DNA of 64,000 nt from Lytechinus pictus (taxonomy: Eukaryota). Position 1 is the stretch's first letter; each line of letters begins with the position of its first letter. The translations under genes were made by a program, and so were the position numbers. This document shows positions 13,082 through 25,800 of the stretch, in pieces. The notes below the pieces were generated by a model. It made no database searches, was not told the origin of the DNA, and saw only the letters and a list, made by a program, of their open reading frames with translations. The stretch spans positions 248,001 through 312,000 of the forward strand of contig NW_026974151.1 of assembly GCF_037042905.1 (NCBI RefSeq), in the 5' to 3' direction.

Positions 13082-16000
13082 TTAACTAAAGAGATATGTT
13101 TTTAATTTTGATTTGAAGAGAGCCAAGGATGGAGAGCTTCTTATATAAATTGGCAGGCTATTCCATAGTTTGGGGGCAGCAAGTGCAAATGCACGATCAC
13201 CAAGTGTGACTTTTGTTTTGTGAAATGGGATCTGAAACAATAATTTATCTGTGGAACTTCGCAGGCTTCGACTGTGTGATTGGGTTTTAAGTTTGAGTAA
13301 TTCTGTAATGTAATGCAGAGCTGCCAACATTGGTATGATAGAATCCAGAAGATTTCGCGGAGGTATGATTTTGTGAGGGAGCGCGCGGCGAAATGTCCCA
13401 CGGACGGGAGTTTTGGGTAGCAAAACTCATTAAGAAACAACATTTGATAGTATCCGACAGCTGTCTAAACGACCAAAACTTTTGGCACATAGATTAAATG
13501 CACATTAGAGAGATTTCATGAAATGATGAATTGTCTGTCATTGACTAAAAAAATAAGTTCAAGCCTGATTTCAGGCAAGTCAGTAGAACATAAAATGATT
13601 CACAAAAGAATGCATTTAACAAGAAAATACCTTTATTGTCCAGAGGGGGAAAGGGCTGCAGTAGTGGAAGATGAGCTTGCCTGGCCCTGTAAAGACTTAT
13701 ATGTGGCCTGTTTAAAGTCTGAGGGCCGAGGGATTCCTGTGAAAATTGCCTTTTTGTAGCAAGCACGCACAGCCAGCCAGCGCCAAGCTAGCTCACTCAC
13801 GAAAGAGAAAATGTTCGAATCCGATCAACCCAAGTAAAAGTAAGCAAAAAAAATCTCCACTTTGCTTCTGTTCTTCAGGATTGTCAATAAAATTATTCCT
13901 AAAAGTCAGGGTGTAATTATAATAGTAACCCATCGTTGATCCACAGTTTCAGCTCGAATAAAGCGCACACAAGCTTCCGAAAAATACATCGGACTTCCCT
14001 TCTCGCATAGCCTCCTGCCGCGGCGCAGTCTGCCGGAGACCAGGCAGTGCTGCGCCGGGGCGCGTCGGGGGCCCGGGGCATAGGCATGGAGTGCCGCTAA
14101 AGTGTTTCCATCACGCACATGCACATTGCAGAACCAGAAGAAAAAAAATTGCTTGTTAGACTAATTCACCAGTCGTTCGGTAAAATTATCTTCATTTACA
14201 TTGGAAATCAATGTACGATTATACAAAAACTGGTAAAAGTAACTGGGTAAAATGAAAATGTGATAAGGAGTTTCCACGTGGGTGTAAAGGGAGTTGAACA
14301 TGCTAGACTCGTAAAACAGTCGTTTGTATGAATTTTACAATTTAACAGCTAAAAATCACAATTATCCGGGAGATTTTGGCATGGGGTCGGGAGAACGGGA
14401 GATTGGATCGAAATCCAGTATTCTCCCGCAGGATCCGGGAGACTTGGAAGCTCTGAAATGTGGGGCTTGACCGATTAATGATTTATATACAATTAACATA
14501 ATTTTGAATGAAATTCTTTGACGTACAGGCAACCAGTGGAGTTCTCTCAGAAGAGGTGTAGTGGAACTGAACTTTGGGACACGGTAGATAAGTCTTGCAC
14601 ATGAATTTTGGACTCTTTGTAGCTTAGAAATGAGACTATCAGGCATTCCAAAACAACAAACCATTACAGTAATCAAGCTTACTTGTAATCACAGCATGCG
14701 CCACCAGTTTGATACTTTCTTGATCAAAGTATTTGCGAATGCGCCGAAGGTTATAGAGGAGATAATATGTTGATTTGCATACATTCGTGACCTGGGTTTC
14801 CATATTGAGGTTTGTATCAAAATAAACTCCTAAATTCCTTGCAGTATCAGATGGTTTGACATTGGATACTCCAATTTTTATACAGTTGATATTAATTTTA
14901 GAGATCTGCTGTGAGGTGCCGATGAGCAAAAATTCACTTTTGCTATCATTTAATTTCAGATTATTGTTGAGCATCCAGCTACGAACGAAACAGATACATT
15001 GTTCCAGCCTTGAAACACTTGTGTCTGCAGAGGTAGAAGATGGCCTAAAAGATATATACAATTGTGTGTCGTCAGCATAACAATGACAGGAAACTTCAGG
15101 AAAATTATTCTGAGTGCTATTAATAAGGCTACTTGTGTATAAAGCAAAAAGCAATGGACCGAGTCGTGAGCCCTGGGGCACGCCAAAGGGTACTGGGAAA
15201 GAATCTGAGATAGTACCATCAATAACAACTTTTTGATGCCGATCAGACAAGTATGACTTGATCCAGTTGAGAGCAAAACCATTGATACCGAAACAGTTAT
15301 GCAAAATTTCCATAAGTCTGGTGTGGTCTATAGTATCAAATGCGCTACTTAAGTCTAGTAATACTAGAAGAGTGACTTTCTGATTGTCCATTGCCATCAG
15401 AATATCACTCTTAATCCTAAGTAGCGCAGTTTCTGTACTATGATATTGTCTATATGCGGATTGGTTGGATGGAAGAAGTGAATTGCTATTGAGGAACTGT
15501 AAGATTTGTTGAGTGGCTGCACCTTCAACCAATTTTGAAATATATTGTAAGTTGCTTACAGGTCTTAGATTACAGAATTCAGGATCTAGACCTGGCTTTT
15601 TCAAGAGAGGTGAAACTAGGGCTACTTTCCATTCATTAGGAAAATGACCTGTAGACAGTGAGACATTGATCATAGACGTAAAAACAGGAAGTATAACATC
15701 AATATGTTGCATAATAATATTTGTTGGAAGTGGATCAGCAGAGCAAGACTTCTTAGTGAGCTTCATTACAAGTTGCCTTACTTCTCGTTCTGATAAAAGT
15801 TTAAATTTATCAAACCTAATATTTTCGGGTGCTGGAGATAGACCAGATGAATCAGTATCAATACCATCAATCAAATTTATATTGGATTGAATATCACTGT
15901 GAATACTAAGAACTTTATCATGAAAGAATTTTCCTATGTCATTCACAAATGTCATCCTATCAATGTTGCATGGCACTACTGGATGTTTGTTTGAGACATT

Positions 16001-17440
16001 CAGCAGAGATTTAACAACGGTGAACAAGCCTTTGACGTCATCCTTGTTACGTGCTATCAAGTCTTTGTGATAGGTTTTGTGAGCAGCATTTAAAACATAT
16101 AATGCTGTGTTACGAGTTTTCTTATACTCGTTCAGACATTGATCGGTTCTTGTTCTGTGCCATTTCTTCTCTGCTTTACGTCTCTGCCTTTTTGCTTCTC
16201 GGACCTCGTCTGTATACCATGGCACATGAGGGCGAGTAACTACTCGCTTCATAACCAAGGGAGCATGCTTATCTAAGAGGTTCCTGAGTGTGATATCATA
16301 CAAGTTTGCTAATTCAGAAATATCTTGTGATACATGTAAATTTCTACATAGCATACTATCTGCAAGCTCTTTGTTAAACACTGTAGTGTTAATACGGGAG
16401 TATTTACGATACGACACAATCTTGTCAGTCAAAAATGGTTTACATGTGTTGAGATGGCACATGACTGGAATATGATCTGAAATAAGATATTTACATGGCC
16501 ATGGCTGACCAACAATTACATTGTCAGATTGGCGACAAATAAGGAGGTCAAGCGTGTGACCTTGAGAATGAGTACTAAAATTTACAAACTGAGCACAACA
16601 GAATGATTCAAGAAGATTTTTAAATGACTTTGATTCTGGTGAGTTTACATCAACTTGGATGTTAAAATCACCAGTTATTAAGAGTGGAACATTGGACAGT
16701 AGGTGATCTTGGATGTATTTGTTAAATTGAGAAAGAAACGATGCAACAGACACCGGATGAGACTCTGAATATGGGGCTCTGTACACATTAATCAATTTAA
16801 GATGAAATAATTTGCATACAATATCATACTCGGCAAACTCAAATGATTCCTTCTGACCAGCGGCAACCTGACAAGCATCGATAGGATTTTTGAAGAGAAG
16901 ACCTGTACCCCCGCCACGGCGACCAGTCCTTGGTTGATGGAGAAACCGATATCCAGCGGGAACAAACTCTTGCAGTACTGCAGAGTCGTTCTCAGTCAAC
17001 CAAGTCTCCGTGAGCGTAACTAAATCAGCTTTACTTTCGTTGACAAAGTCATTGATCGCAATTGTTTTGTTACGAACAGAGCGCACATTGATGGATCAAA
17101 GTTGAAGACAGTCTAATTGTGATGAAGTTCTGCTTGATGTTTGCTTTGCATGTTGAAGACTATTCCTTTTCCTTCCTCCTCGAGTTCCCCGCCTGATTTT
17201 CCTGTGCAACGTCTTCTGAATTCCATATGATGTGATTGCTTGGCATACATGATGTGGAAGAGGTGCGACAAAATCTCTCCGTAGACAGAGTTCAGTTGGA
17301 GTGTACTTGAAGACAGCATCGGGATGATCATGAAGACGTCTTGTAGCATGTAGAGTGTCATCGTGTAGCTTGTCTGGGCCGGGGTTAGGCTGGACATCGC
17401 CGGCATGAAGCAGTTCCAACTGAAAGGAGGCATTGCTGCC
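13082..17440 (-). pseudogene. LINE ORF2 (APE endonuclease + reverse transcriptase), frameshifted and interrupted
   Basis: Pieces 17096-17440, 14639-17086 (815 aa), ~14456-14650 and 13082-13315. Frame breaks near 17090 and 14650. GQAPH|HYITELL is split by the 13316-14455 insertion. Confidence 0.88.
13316..14455. mobile_element. Non-autonomous TIR DNA element with ~5-bp TSD (hAT5-like, tentative) inserted in the LINE
   Basis: CAGAGCTGCCAA...TTGGAAGCTCTG. Flanks TAATG/AAATG. Removing it restores LINE protein GQAPHYITELL. Confidence 0.8.
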
Positions 17441-19622
17441 CACTGGGCAATATGTTACCGATTACCAATATTACCGGATATTACCGGTAATAACACCCCA
17501 AAATTTGACTAAGACCAAATATTACCTTTATTACCATGTTATTACCCAAGTGATACTACCTGTTACTGTTATCACCCCCATGAAACCGACATTTTACCTA
17601 TTTACAACAGGGTGATGAGGGGTAATATGGGTAATGTTGAAAGGCTTCGATTGGTAATAACCTTGGAAACTTGAGTTATAACAGTAATATCTTACAGCAA
17701 TCCCAGTGAATTTTTCAAGTCCAAAAAGTTACTGTTATCACCCCGATGAAACCGACATTTTACCGAGTTACAACAGGGTGATGAGGGGTAATATGGGTAA
17801 TGTTGAATGGATTCGATTGGTTATAAAATTGCGAACTTGAGTAATAACAGTAATCTTACAGCAATCCCAGTGAATTTTTCGAGTCCAAAAATTACTGTTA
17901 TCACCCCGATGAAACCGACATTTTACCGAGTTACAACAGGGTGATGAGCGGTAATATGGGTAATGTTCGATTGGTTATAACATTGCGAATTTGAGTAATA
18001 ACAGTAATCTTAAAGCAATCCCAGCGAATTTTTCAAGTCCAAAAAATTACTGTTATCACCCCGATGAAACCGACATTTTCCGAGTTACAACAGGGTGATG
18101 AGGGGTAATATGGGTAATGTTGAATGGTTTCGATTGGTTATAACATTGCGAATTTGAGTAATAACAGTAATCTTACAGCAATCCCAGTGAATTTTTCAAG
18201 TCCAAAAAATTACTGTTATCACCCCGATGAAACCGACATTTTACCGAGTTACAACAGGGTGATGAGGAGTAATATGGATAATGTTGAATAGTTTCAATTG
18301 GTTATAACATTGCGAATTGGAGTAATAACAGTAATCTTACAACAATCCCAGGGAATTTTTCAAGTCCAAAAAATTACCGTTATCACCCCGATGAAACCGA
18401 CATTTTACCGAGTTACAACAGGGTGATGAGGGGTAATATGGGTAATGTTGAATGGCTTCGATTGGTTATAACCTTGGAAACTTGAGTAATAAGAGTAATT
18501 CCAACTATTTTTCTAAAAACTGTTATCACCCTCATGAAACCGACATTTTACCGAGTTACAACAGGGTGATGAGGGGTAATATGGGTAATTGTTGAATGGC
18601 TTCGATTCGGGTATAACATTTGCAAACTTGAGTAATAACAGTAATCCCAACTATTTTTTTTAAAAACTGTTATCACCCTCATGAAACCGACATTTTACCG
18701 AGTTACAACAGGGTGATGAGGGGTAATATGGGTAATGTTGAACGGCTCTGATTGGTTATAACATTGCGAACTTGAGTAATAACAGTAATCTTACAGCAAT
18801 CCCAGTGAATTTTTCGAGTCCAAAAATTACTGTTATCACCCCGATGAAACCGACATTTTACCGAGTTACAACAGGGTGATGAGGGGTAATATGGGTAATG
18901 TTGAATGGTTTCGATTGGTTATAACATTGCGAACTTGAGTAATAACAGATATCTTACAGCAATCCCAGCGAATTTTTCAAGTCCAAAAAATCACTGTTAT
19001 CACCCCGATGAAACCGACATTTTACCGAGTTACAACAGGGTGATGAGGGGATATGGGTAATGTTGAATGGTTTCGATTGGTTATAACATTGCGAACTTGA
19101 GTAATAACAGTAATCTTACAGCAATCCTATAGTGAATTTTTCAAGTCCAAAAAATTACTGTTATCACCCCGATGAAACCGACATTTTACCGAGTTACAAC
19201 AGGGTGATGAGGAATAATATGGGTAATGTTGAATGGTTTCAATTGGTTATAACATTGCGAATTGGAGTAATAACAGTAATCTTACAACAATCCCAGGGAA
19301 TTTTTCAAGTCCAAAAAATTAATGTTATCACCCCGATGAAACCGACATTTTACCGAGTTACAACACGGTGATGAGGGGTAATATGGGTAATGTTGAATGG
19401 CTTCGATTGGTTATAACATTTGCAAACTTGAGTAATAACAGCAATCTTACAGCAATCCCAGCGAATTTTTCAAGTCCAAAAAATTACTGTTATCACCACG
19501 ATGAAACCGACATTTTACCGAGTTACAACAGGGTGATGAGGGGATATGGGTAATGTTGAATGGTTTTGATTGGTTATAACATTGTGAAATTGAGTAATAA
19601 CAGTAATCTTAGAGCAATCCTA
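17441..19622 (+). repeat. 164-bp tandem array, left block (~12-13 monomers plus a unique CACTGGG-initiated 5' end)
   Basis: Monomer GTGAATTTTTCAAGTCCAAAAAATTACTGTTATCACCCCGATGAAACCGACATTTTACCGAGTTACAACAGGGTGATGAGGGGTAATATGGGTAATGTTG...AATCTTACAGCAATCCCA, counted as 164 bp. Confidence 0.95.
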
Positions 19623-19794
19623 CACTCTAAATTACAGGGATTTAAAATTTAAATCTTAAGCCGGATTTGAATGAAATTAAATCGATAAAGATTGATTTTT
19701 AATCTTAAAAGATTGCTAAACTGGTTCTTAATCTGAGTTTCAAATATATTGATTTCAATCCCAAAAGATTAAAAAAAGTTTAGAAAATTAACGG

Positions 19795-19896
19795 CAAATT
19801 GACCAATCACGGTGATAAGATTTTGTCACATGACATGTGACATGCGAGCGCGGGAATATTTTTCGATCTGCGATCTGCTACCGTCGGCGTTTGAAA
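19795..19896 (+). promoter_or_regulatory. Putative promoter/5' leader of element B
   Basis: CCAAT at 19803, a CpG-rich patch in AT-rich DNA, directly upstream of AAAATGG at 19897 (good Kozak context). Confidence 0.45.
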
Positions 19897-22800
19897 ATGG
19901 CTGACATCATGCTGAAGGCGTTTTTAGAGGAAACGCTAGGTCCAAAGGCAGGGGATACAGAGAGATTACTAGAGGGTAAGTACATTTTGTATTATCTAGG
20001 CTATCTGTATTGGAATAACTAATTTTATGACAGCAGAAAGAGTGTTTTCACAAGTAGGGAACAGTCCCGGAACGGTCTAACTTTTGTACCGGTAACTAAC
20101 GCCTGCGATCACGACGCGTCGTGATCAAGCTCAAGCTAGCTGTAATGGTGCTGGTCCCGATCTGCTACCTTAAAAATTTGACTTGAAAAAGAGCAAGAAA
20201 TATGTTTGCATTCATGTAATCATTACTCTCATGCTAAACCTGATATTCTAAAGAGTAAGCATTCCAAAGTCTTATGAAAATTTGAGCAAGAACATTGTTA
20301 TTTTAACAGAAAAGACGCCCGTGTCATTCTAAAATTGCAGGCCAGTTCCGAGACAAGCCACAAGGCACAAGGCCAGGGCGCTGCGCAGTCATAATGGGCA
20401 CTCTTACCGAGTACTATAGTCCTACCATCATACTAGATTCATACATGTAACAGTTACATGTACGCCTTGCTTAGACAGCCGTTAAGTCCAGGGTGAGGTG
20501 GGTGGAACTAAGGCCATGGGATAAAGTATGATGGTTGCCCCTAACTTGTTACTGTTAGCTAGAAAAATGTTTGTATTCCTGTAAATTCTAATGAATAATC
20601 ATGCTAAAATCTCATGAAAATTGGAGCAAGAACACTGCCATCATGCATCGCGTGCGCTGACGTCGCTTCTTTTTAGCTCCGTTTTTTTGCTTATTTTTCC
20701 GTTTTAATTTTGCTAAGTTTTAATTAATTTCTAGTTCAAATGGGTTGCGGACCCTTTTAGAAACTGTAGATTACCACATTTTTATATATTTCACTCGCCA
20801 AAGGTGAAATTCTAGCGCCAAAATATTTTACATTTCTCACACGTATTGTGCCACACCTCAGACGAGGCGCTCGCGCACCACTCCCCACTACTGTCGGGGT
20901 GGCTTTTCCTAGTGGTTTGTGTGTTGATTGGGAGTTTTTCCCAGCGTTGGTTATAACGTAGGCCTATTACGGTCTGGATTTTTATATCGGTTTTCTACAT
21001 TTTTAAGGTGTACATTTATATTATATCGGTCTTCAGTGTGGTGATATTGTTTTTTGGAATTGGAGTGATTTTACTGGATATTTTAGAGTGTTTGTGTATT
21101 GGAATGTCCTTGTAAAGTTGTGGAATTTGTGGTATTTGGGTGTGTCTGGCAAATGTTGGCGGCCATTTTTAAACTTTTAAATCAGCATTCACTCCACGTT
21201 TATCTTGACTTTTTTGCATTGCCTGGCATCTTCATCTGCTCTGCATTCTGTGCATTGCTTGCATATTCTCTATCAACATGAGCTACCTCAAGTCTTCATC
21301 ATGTTCTTTCCTTGTGGCAACCTTCATATGCATTGGTTTACGCCTTTTTTCGACAAGTCCCTCAGTGGTGTTGGATGTTTTGGACAACCAGCTTTTATTG
21401 GACCACTGGACTGCTCCTCTTGCTAGCCATTCTCTCAAGTTCGACTGCTGCCCGGTGAGTCTGTTCCATGTTTCCATTCATAGTAATCAATATCTTGGTA
21501 TGAAATTCGTATTACGACAAGCAAATTTTAAATCTGGCTTGTCTTTGCTATTGATGTTAGCTGGAGATATCAATCCAAATCCTGGACCTGCTTTAGATTC
21601 TGGTCCAAAGGATACTGGCATGAAAAACAAATCAAAATACAAGACTAAATATCCTTGTCAAATATGCAATAAAGCTGCCAAATGGGGCCAAGATTGTATT
21701 CAATGTGATTCTTGTAATGGTTGGTTTCATAAAGTCTGTTTGGGCATGAGTCAGGAGGTTTTTGATGCCCTTGCTAAACATGACTCTTATTCTTGGATTT
21801 GTTGTGACTGTGGAGCACCAAACTTTCATTCTTCCTTATTTATGGATGTGAGTGATATTCAAACTGATAATAGCTTTGAGATACTGAATGATTGTGATCT
21901 TGTATTGTCAAACAACGATTTACATATTGGACAACCTATCCAAACATCTAGTCCTAAATGTAAAAAAGTAAAATTTGAATTAAATGAACAGGTTAAAGCT
22001 AAACCTAAACCTAAACCTAAACCTAAATCTAAACCAAAACCAAAGACTCGTAACCTTAAGATCCTAAATGTGAACTGTCAAAGTGTACGAGCCAAGTTAG
22101 CAGGATTCCAGTGCCTCATTAATGATGAGGATGCTGATATCATTGTGGGAACTGAGTCGTGGCTCCATTCTGGTATTGTCTCTGGTGAAATTTTCCCATC
22201 AAATTACAATGTTTTTCGTAATGATAGAGATAGTGATAGTGATAATCTATCAAAAATCAATTGTAACTGGGGACTTACCCAAAGAGTGGCTTAATGCCAA
22301 TGTCTCCCCTATATTAAAAAAGGGTGACAGGAAACTTCCACAAAATTACAGACCTGTCTCTTTGACTTGTATTTTATGCAAACAACTCGAACACATAATT
22401 TATACTAATATTATGCAACATTTTGATAAACACTCAATACTCTGTGAAAATCAACATGGATTTAGAAGAGGTAGGTCTTGTGAAACTCAATTAGCTGGAT
22501 TAGTAAATGACCTAGCACAGACACTCAATGATCGTGGCCGAACTGATGTCTGTATTATGGACTTCAGTAAGGCGTTCGATACTGTACCGCACAAGAGACT
22601 CTTATTGAAAATCGATAACCTTGGTATTAGAGGGAAAACCAAAGCCTGGATTGATACTTTTCTTACTAATCGAAACCAGAGAGTTATACTGGATGGTCAA
22701 ACCTCCATTGATGCTTTGGTGACCTCTGGGGTCCCGCAGGGCACAGTCCTCGGCCCTCTCCTGTTTCTTGCATATATAAACGATCTACCAGACCAAATTA

Positions 22801-25800
22801 ATGCCAGGGTAAGGATGTTTGCCGACGATGTTATATTGTACAGAAATATTTCCTCAACTGAAGACTGTGATCTTCTTCAAAGTGACATTAACAAATTGTG
22901 TGAATGGCAAAATATCTGGCAAATGCAATTTAACACATCAAAGTGTTTTATTATGCATGTTACACACAAGAAGAAAATCACTCCCTATAAATACCATCTA
23001 GGGAACTCTGAACTGGGCATCGTTGACAGCTATCCTTATCTAGGTGTTCATTTGTCAAATAATTTGTCTTGGACTAATCATATTAATACAACCGTAAACA
23101 AAGCAAACAGTATACTTGGATTGTTGAAACGTAATCTATGGAATTGTTCAACTCAAACTAAAGATATCGCCTACAAGACTCTTGTGCGGCCTAGGCTGGA
23201 ATATTGTTGCTCTGTGTGGGATCCCCACCAGAAAAATCTTCAAGATAAACTTGAAAAAACTCAAAGAAGAGCAGCACGATTTGTATCTAACAAATATCAA
23301 CGCACAAGTAGTGTTACTGAAATGATGAGTATTCTAAAATGGGATACTCTCCAAGACAGGAGAACAAGTAGCCGGCTCATATTTTTGTTTAAAGAAATAC
23401 ACAATATAACTCCATGTAATATAAATCAAATCACTTCAAAAGCATCCTCCAGGCCAACAACTAGAATAACCAGACAGTCTCATGACTTAAACTTCAATAT
23501 AATCAGAGCAAATAAGGATTGCTACAAATATTCCCTCTACCCTCGTACAATTGTAGAGTGGAATTTACTTTCTCCCACCACTAAAAATGCACCTGATCTA
23601 GCTGCATTTAAGAAACAGCTAAGCAAAAACATGTTAAAGCTAACTAAAAGAAGTATATAGCGGCAGCGATTGCATGAATGGCCTGCACGTTTATAGCCTC
23701 TTGAGGCGTTCAAGTGCAGTATTTACAAGACAAGACAAGACAAGTTAGAATTGTTATTTTAACAAGAATTAAAAGACGGCCATGACCTGTGTTGTTTTAA
23801 CATTAAAGAGTGGATTAGTGCCCATGTCTGCGAACTCGCGTAACTGCGCAATTCAAATAGGTCTAGGTTTAGATCTAGACCTAGCTCTAGAACAATTAAA
23901 ACATCACATTCACATGCAATATCAATTTTTAGTCTATCTAGATCTAGTCTACAAAGACTATTTGATGCAAAAATGACGCAAAAATATTGAGAAAAGTCCT
24001 GATATCATTTGAGCAGTTTAATTTGCAAGCCCTGAACTGCATGTAAAATGATATTTAGAATCTAGACTATTGCATGTTTTGTTGTAGACTAGATAGGTCT
24101 AGGTCTACTCTTACATTAGACTCTCTAGATCTAACGCAGGTACGCATCTTCGCAGACATGGGCGCTGTGCATTAATGGGCACTCCTGCCAAACATTCCTG
24201 TAATGATTATGAATTATCAAATATTGAAGGAGTTACGGAAAGCTACGCACTTCTCGCCGCGACTCGTGTCATAAATTGTAATATTTCAGATCTTCTGGAC
24301 CCAGTCCTACTCCTAGATCTAGGTCTAGACTCTAGTCTGGAGTGCCCGTGATTTGACTAAAAATTATAATTTCACACACAAGAACACTAAATTATATAAC
24401 ACACAGGAATCAAAACATTGCTCACACACAAAAAGTCACTGACCACATCCAAATTCAGTATTAAAACTCCCAAAATATATTTAAAAAGCTGATTTTCATT
24501 ATCAAAATTGCGATTTCGGCTCAATATTTTCAAAGGTCTTAAAAATGGGGTCACTTAAAACCAGCTATAATTTTGTTGTTTGTTGCAAGCCACGAAGGTG
24601 ATGGTATGGCTGGAAAAAAAAATCAAACGAACACCCGAGACTCTCCAAATGCGATCATTGTCCTAATCAAAGCATTGTTGTAGTTTATAAACACACGTGC
24701 TTAATAATATATTGTATGCACAGGGAAAATTAATTATTTCCTTCTGAGAAAAATGGAAATTTATGGAATATTTTGTACACAAAATGAGAGCTGCTCGCAT
24801 GTGACATCACAGAGTTGCCAGTTTGCGTTTGATCGATTGCAACTTTTAAAAATCATAATTTTTTTTTATCCTTCATCGATTTCTTGTCAAACCTTCACTG
24901 ATCTATTTTTCTCATTTTTCTGCTTTTGTTAAAACCAACTTGATATCAGGGTCGACTTCCCCTTTAAAAGAGTTATCACAGAATTATTTAGAATTTTGAA
25001 AATAAATCTATATTTTCAATATATTTTTGTTTCAGAGAACTTTGGCAACACTTCCCAAAGGAGACACACATTCTGTCATAATCGCTTCACTTTGATAGTC
25101 CCGTCCCATTTGTGATACGGATCAGATTCTGGACCCAAAAATACGCATTTGGCGTTTTAGAATTACATTGCATTACAGTATTCAGGAAATGTGATGTTTG
25201 AATTAGATCATGGAATTGTTATGCTTGAAATGTGGAAGACTTATTCATGCTGATACAGTGAGAGAGTATGCTCGTCATTTACGTATGTCCCATGCCGTCT
25301 TTGGGAATGGAGAGACACTTGTTTGTGGTCAAAATGGTTGTATGCGAACATTCACCCTCATGAACTCACTGTTACGCCACATACGTCGACACCATGCCCA
25401 CATGCCAGTTGCACATAATGACCCTTTACATGGTGACTTTGTTCATGAAGAGGATGATGATGAAGGAGAGGATGACCAAGCAAACTATGATGAGGATGTA
25501 GAAGATGCTGAACATGTTTATGAACCGGAAGATTTCAATCTAGGTTCATTGAAGAAGCTGGCTATGAATTTGGTCATAAAATTAAGGTCTTCAACATCAA
25601 CCACATACTCTACCATTCAAAGTGTCATCACTTGTACGAAAAACATGTTTCAAGAAACACTTTCATCTCTACGGCAAAGAATGATAACTGTAATGCAACA
25701 TCATGGAATCGACACCAACTCACCTGATGTACAGGAGCTTAATCATCAATTTCAAGAGCTTGAAAATCCTTATATGGGTATTGAAACACCAGGTCAGCAG

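Larger units (their letters stand above)
12979..17440 (-). mobile_element. L2/CR1-group LINE, degenerate and 5'-truncated
   Basis: APE endonuclease (TETWL, GDFN, LDL, SDH) and RT (LDLSSAFDT, GVPQGS, YADD) motifs. C-terminus GDRAFALAAPKLWNSLP...FKSKLKTYLF. L2-type 3' end AAGCGC...GCGCTATATAAAT followed by (TTA)n. Confidence 0.92.

Noticed and set aside
24540-24968. Complete TTAA MITE ending GACTTCCCCT|TTAA
   Set aside because: Only the right end is recognisable and no matching left terminus was found, so it is not listed as a feature.
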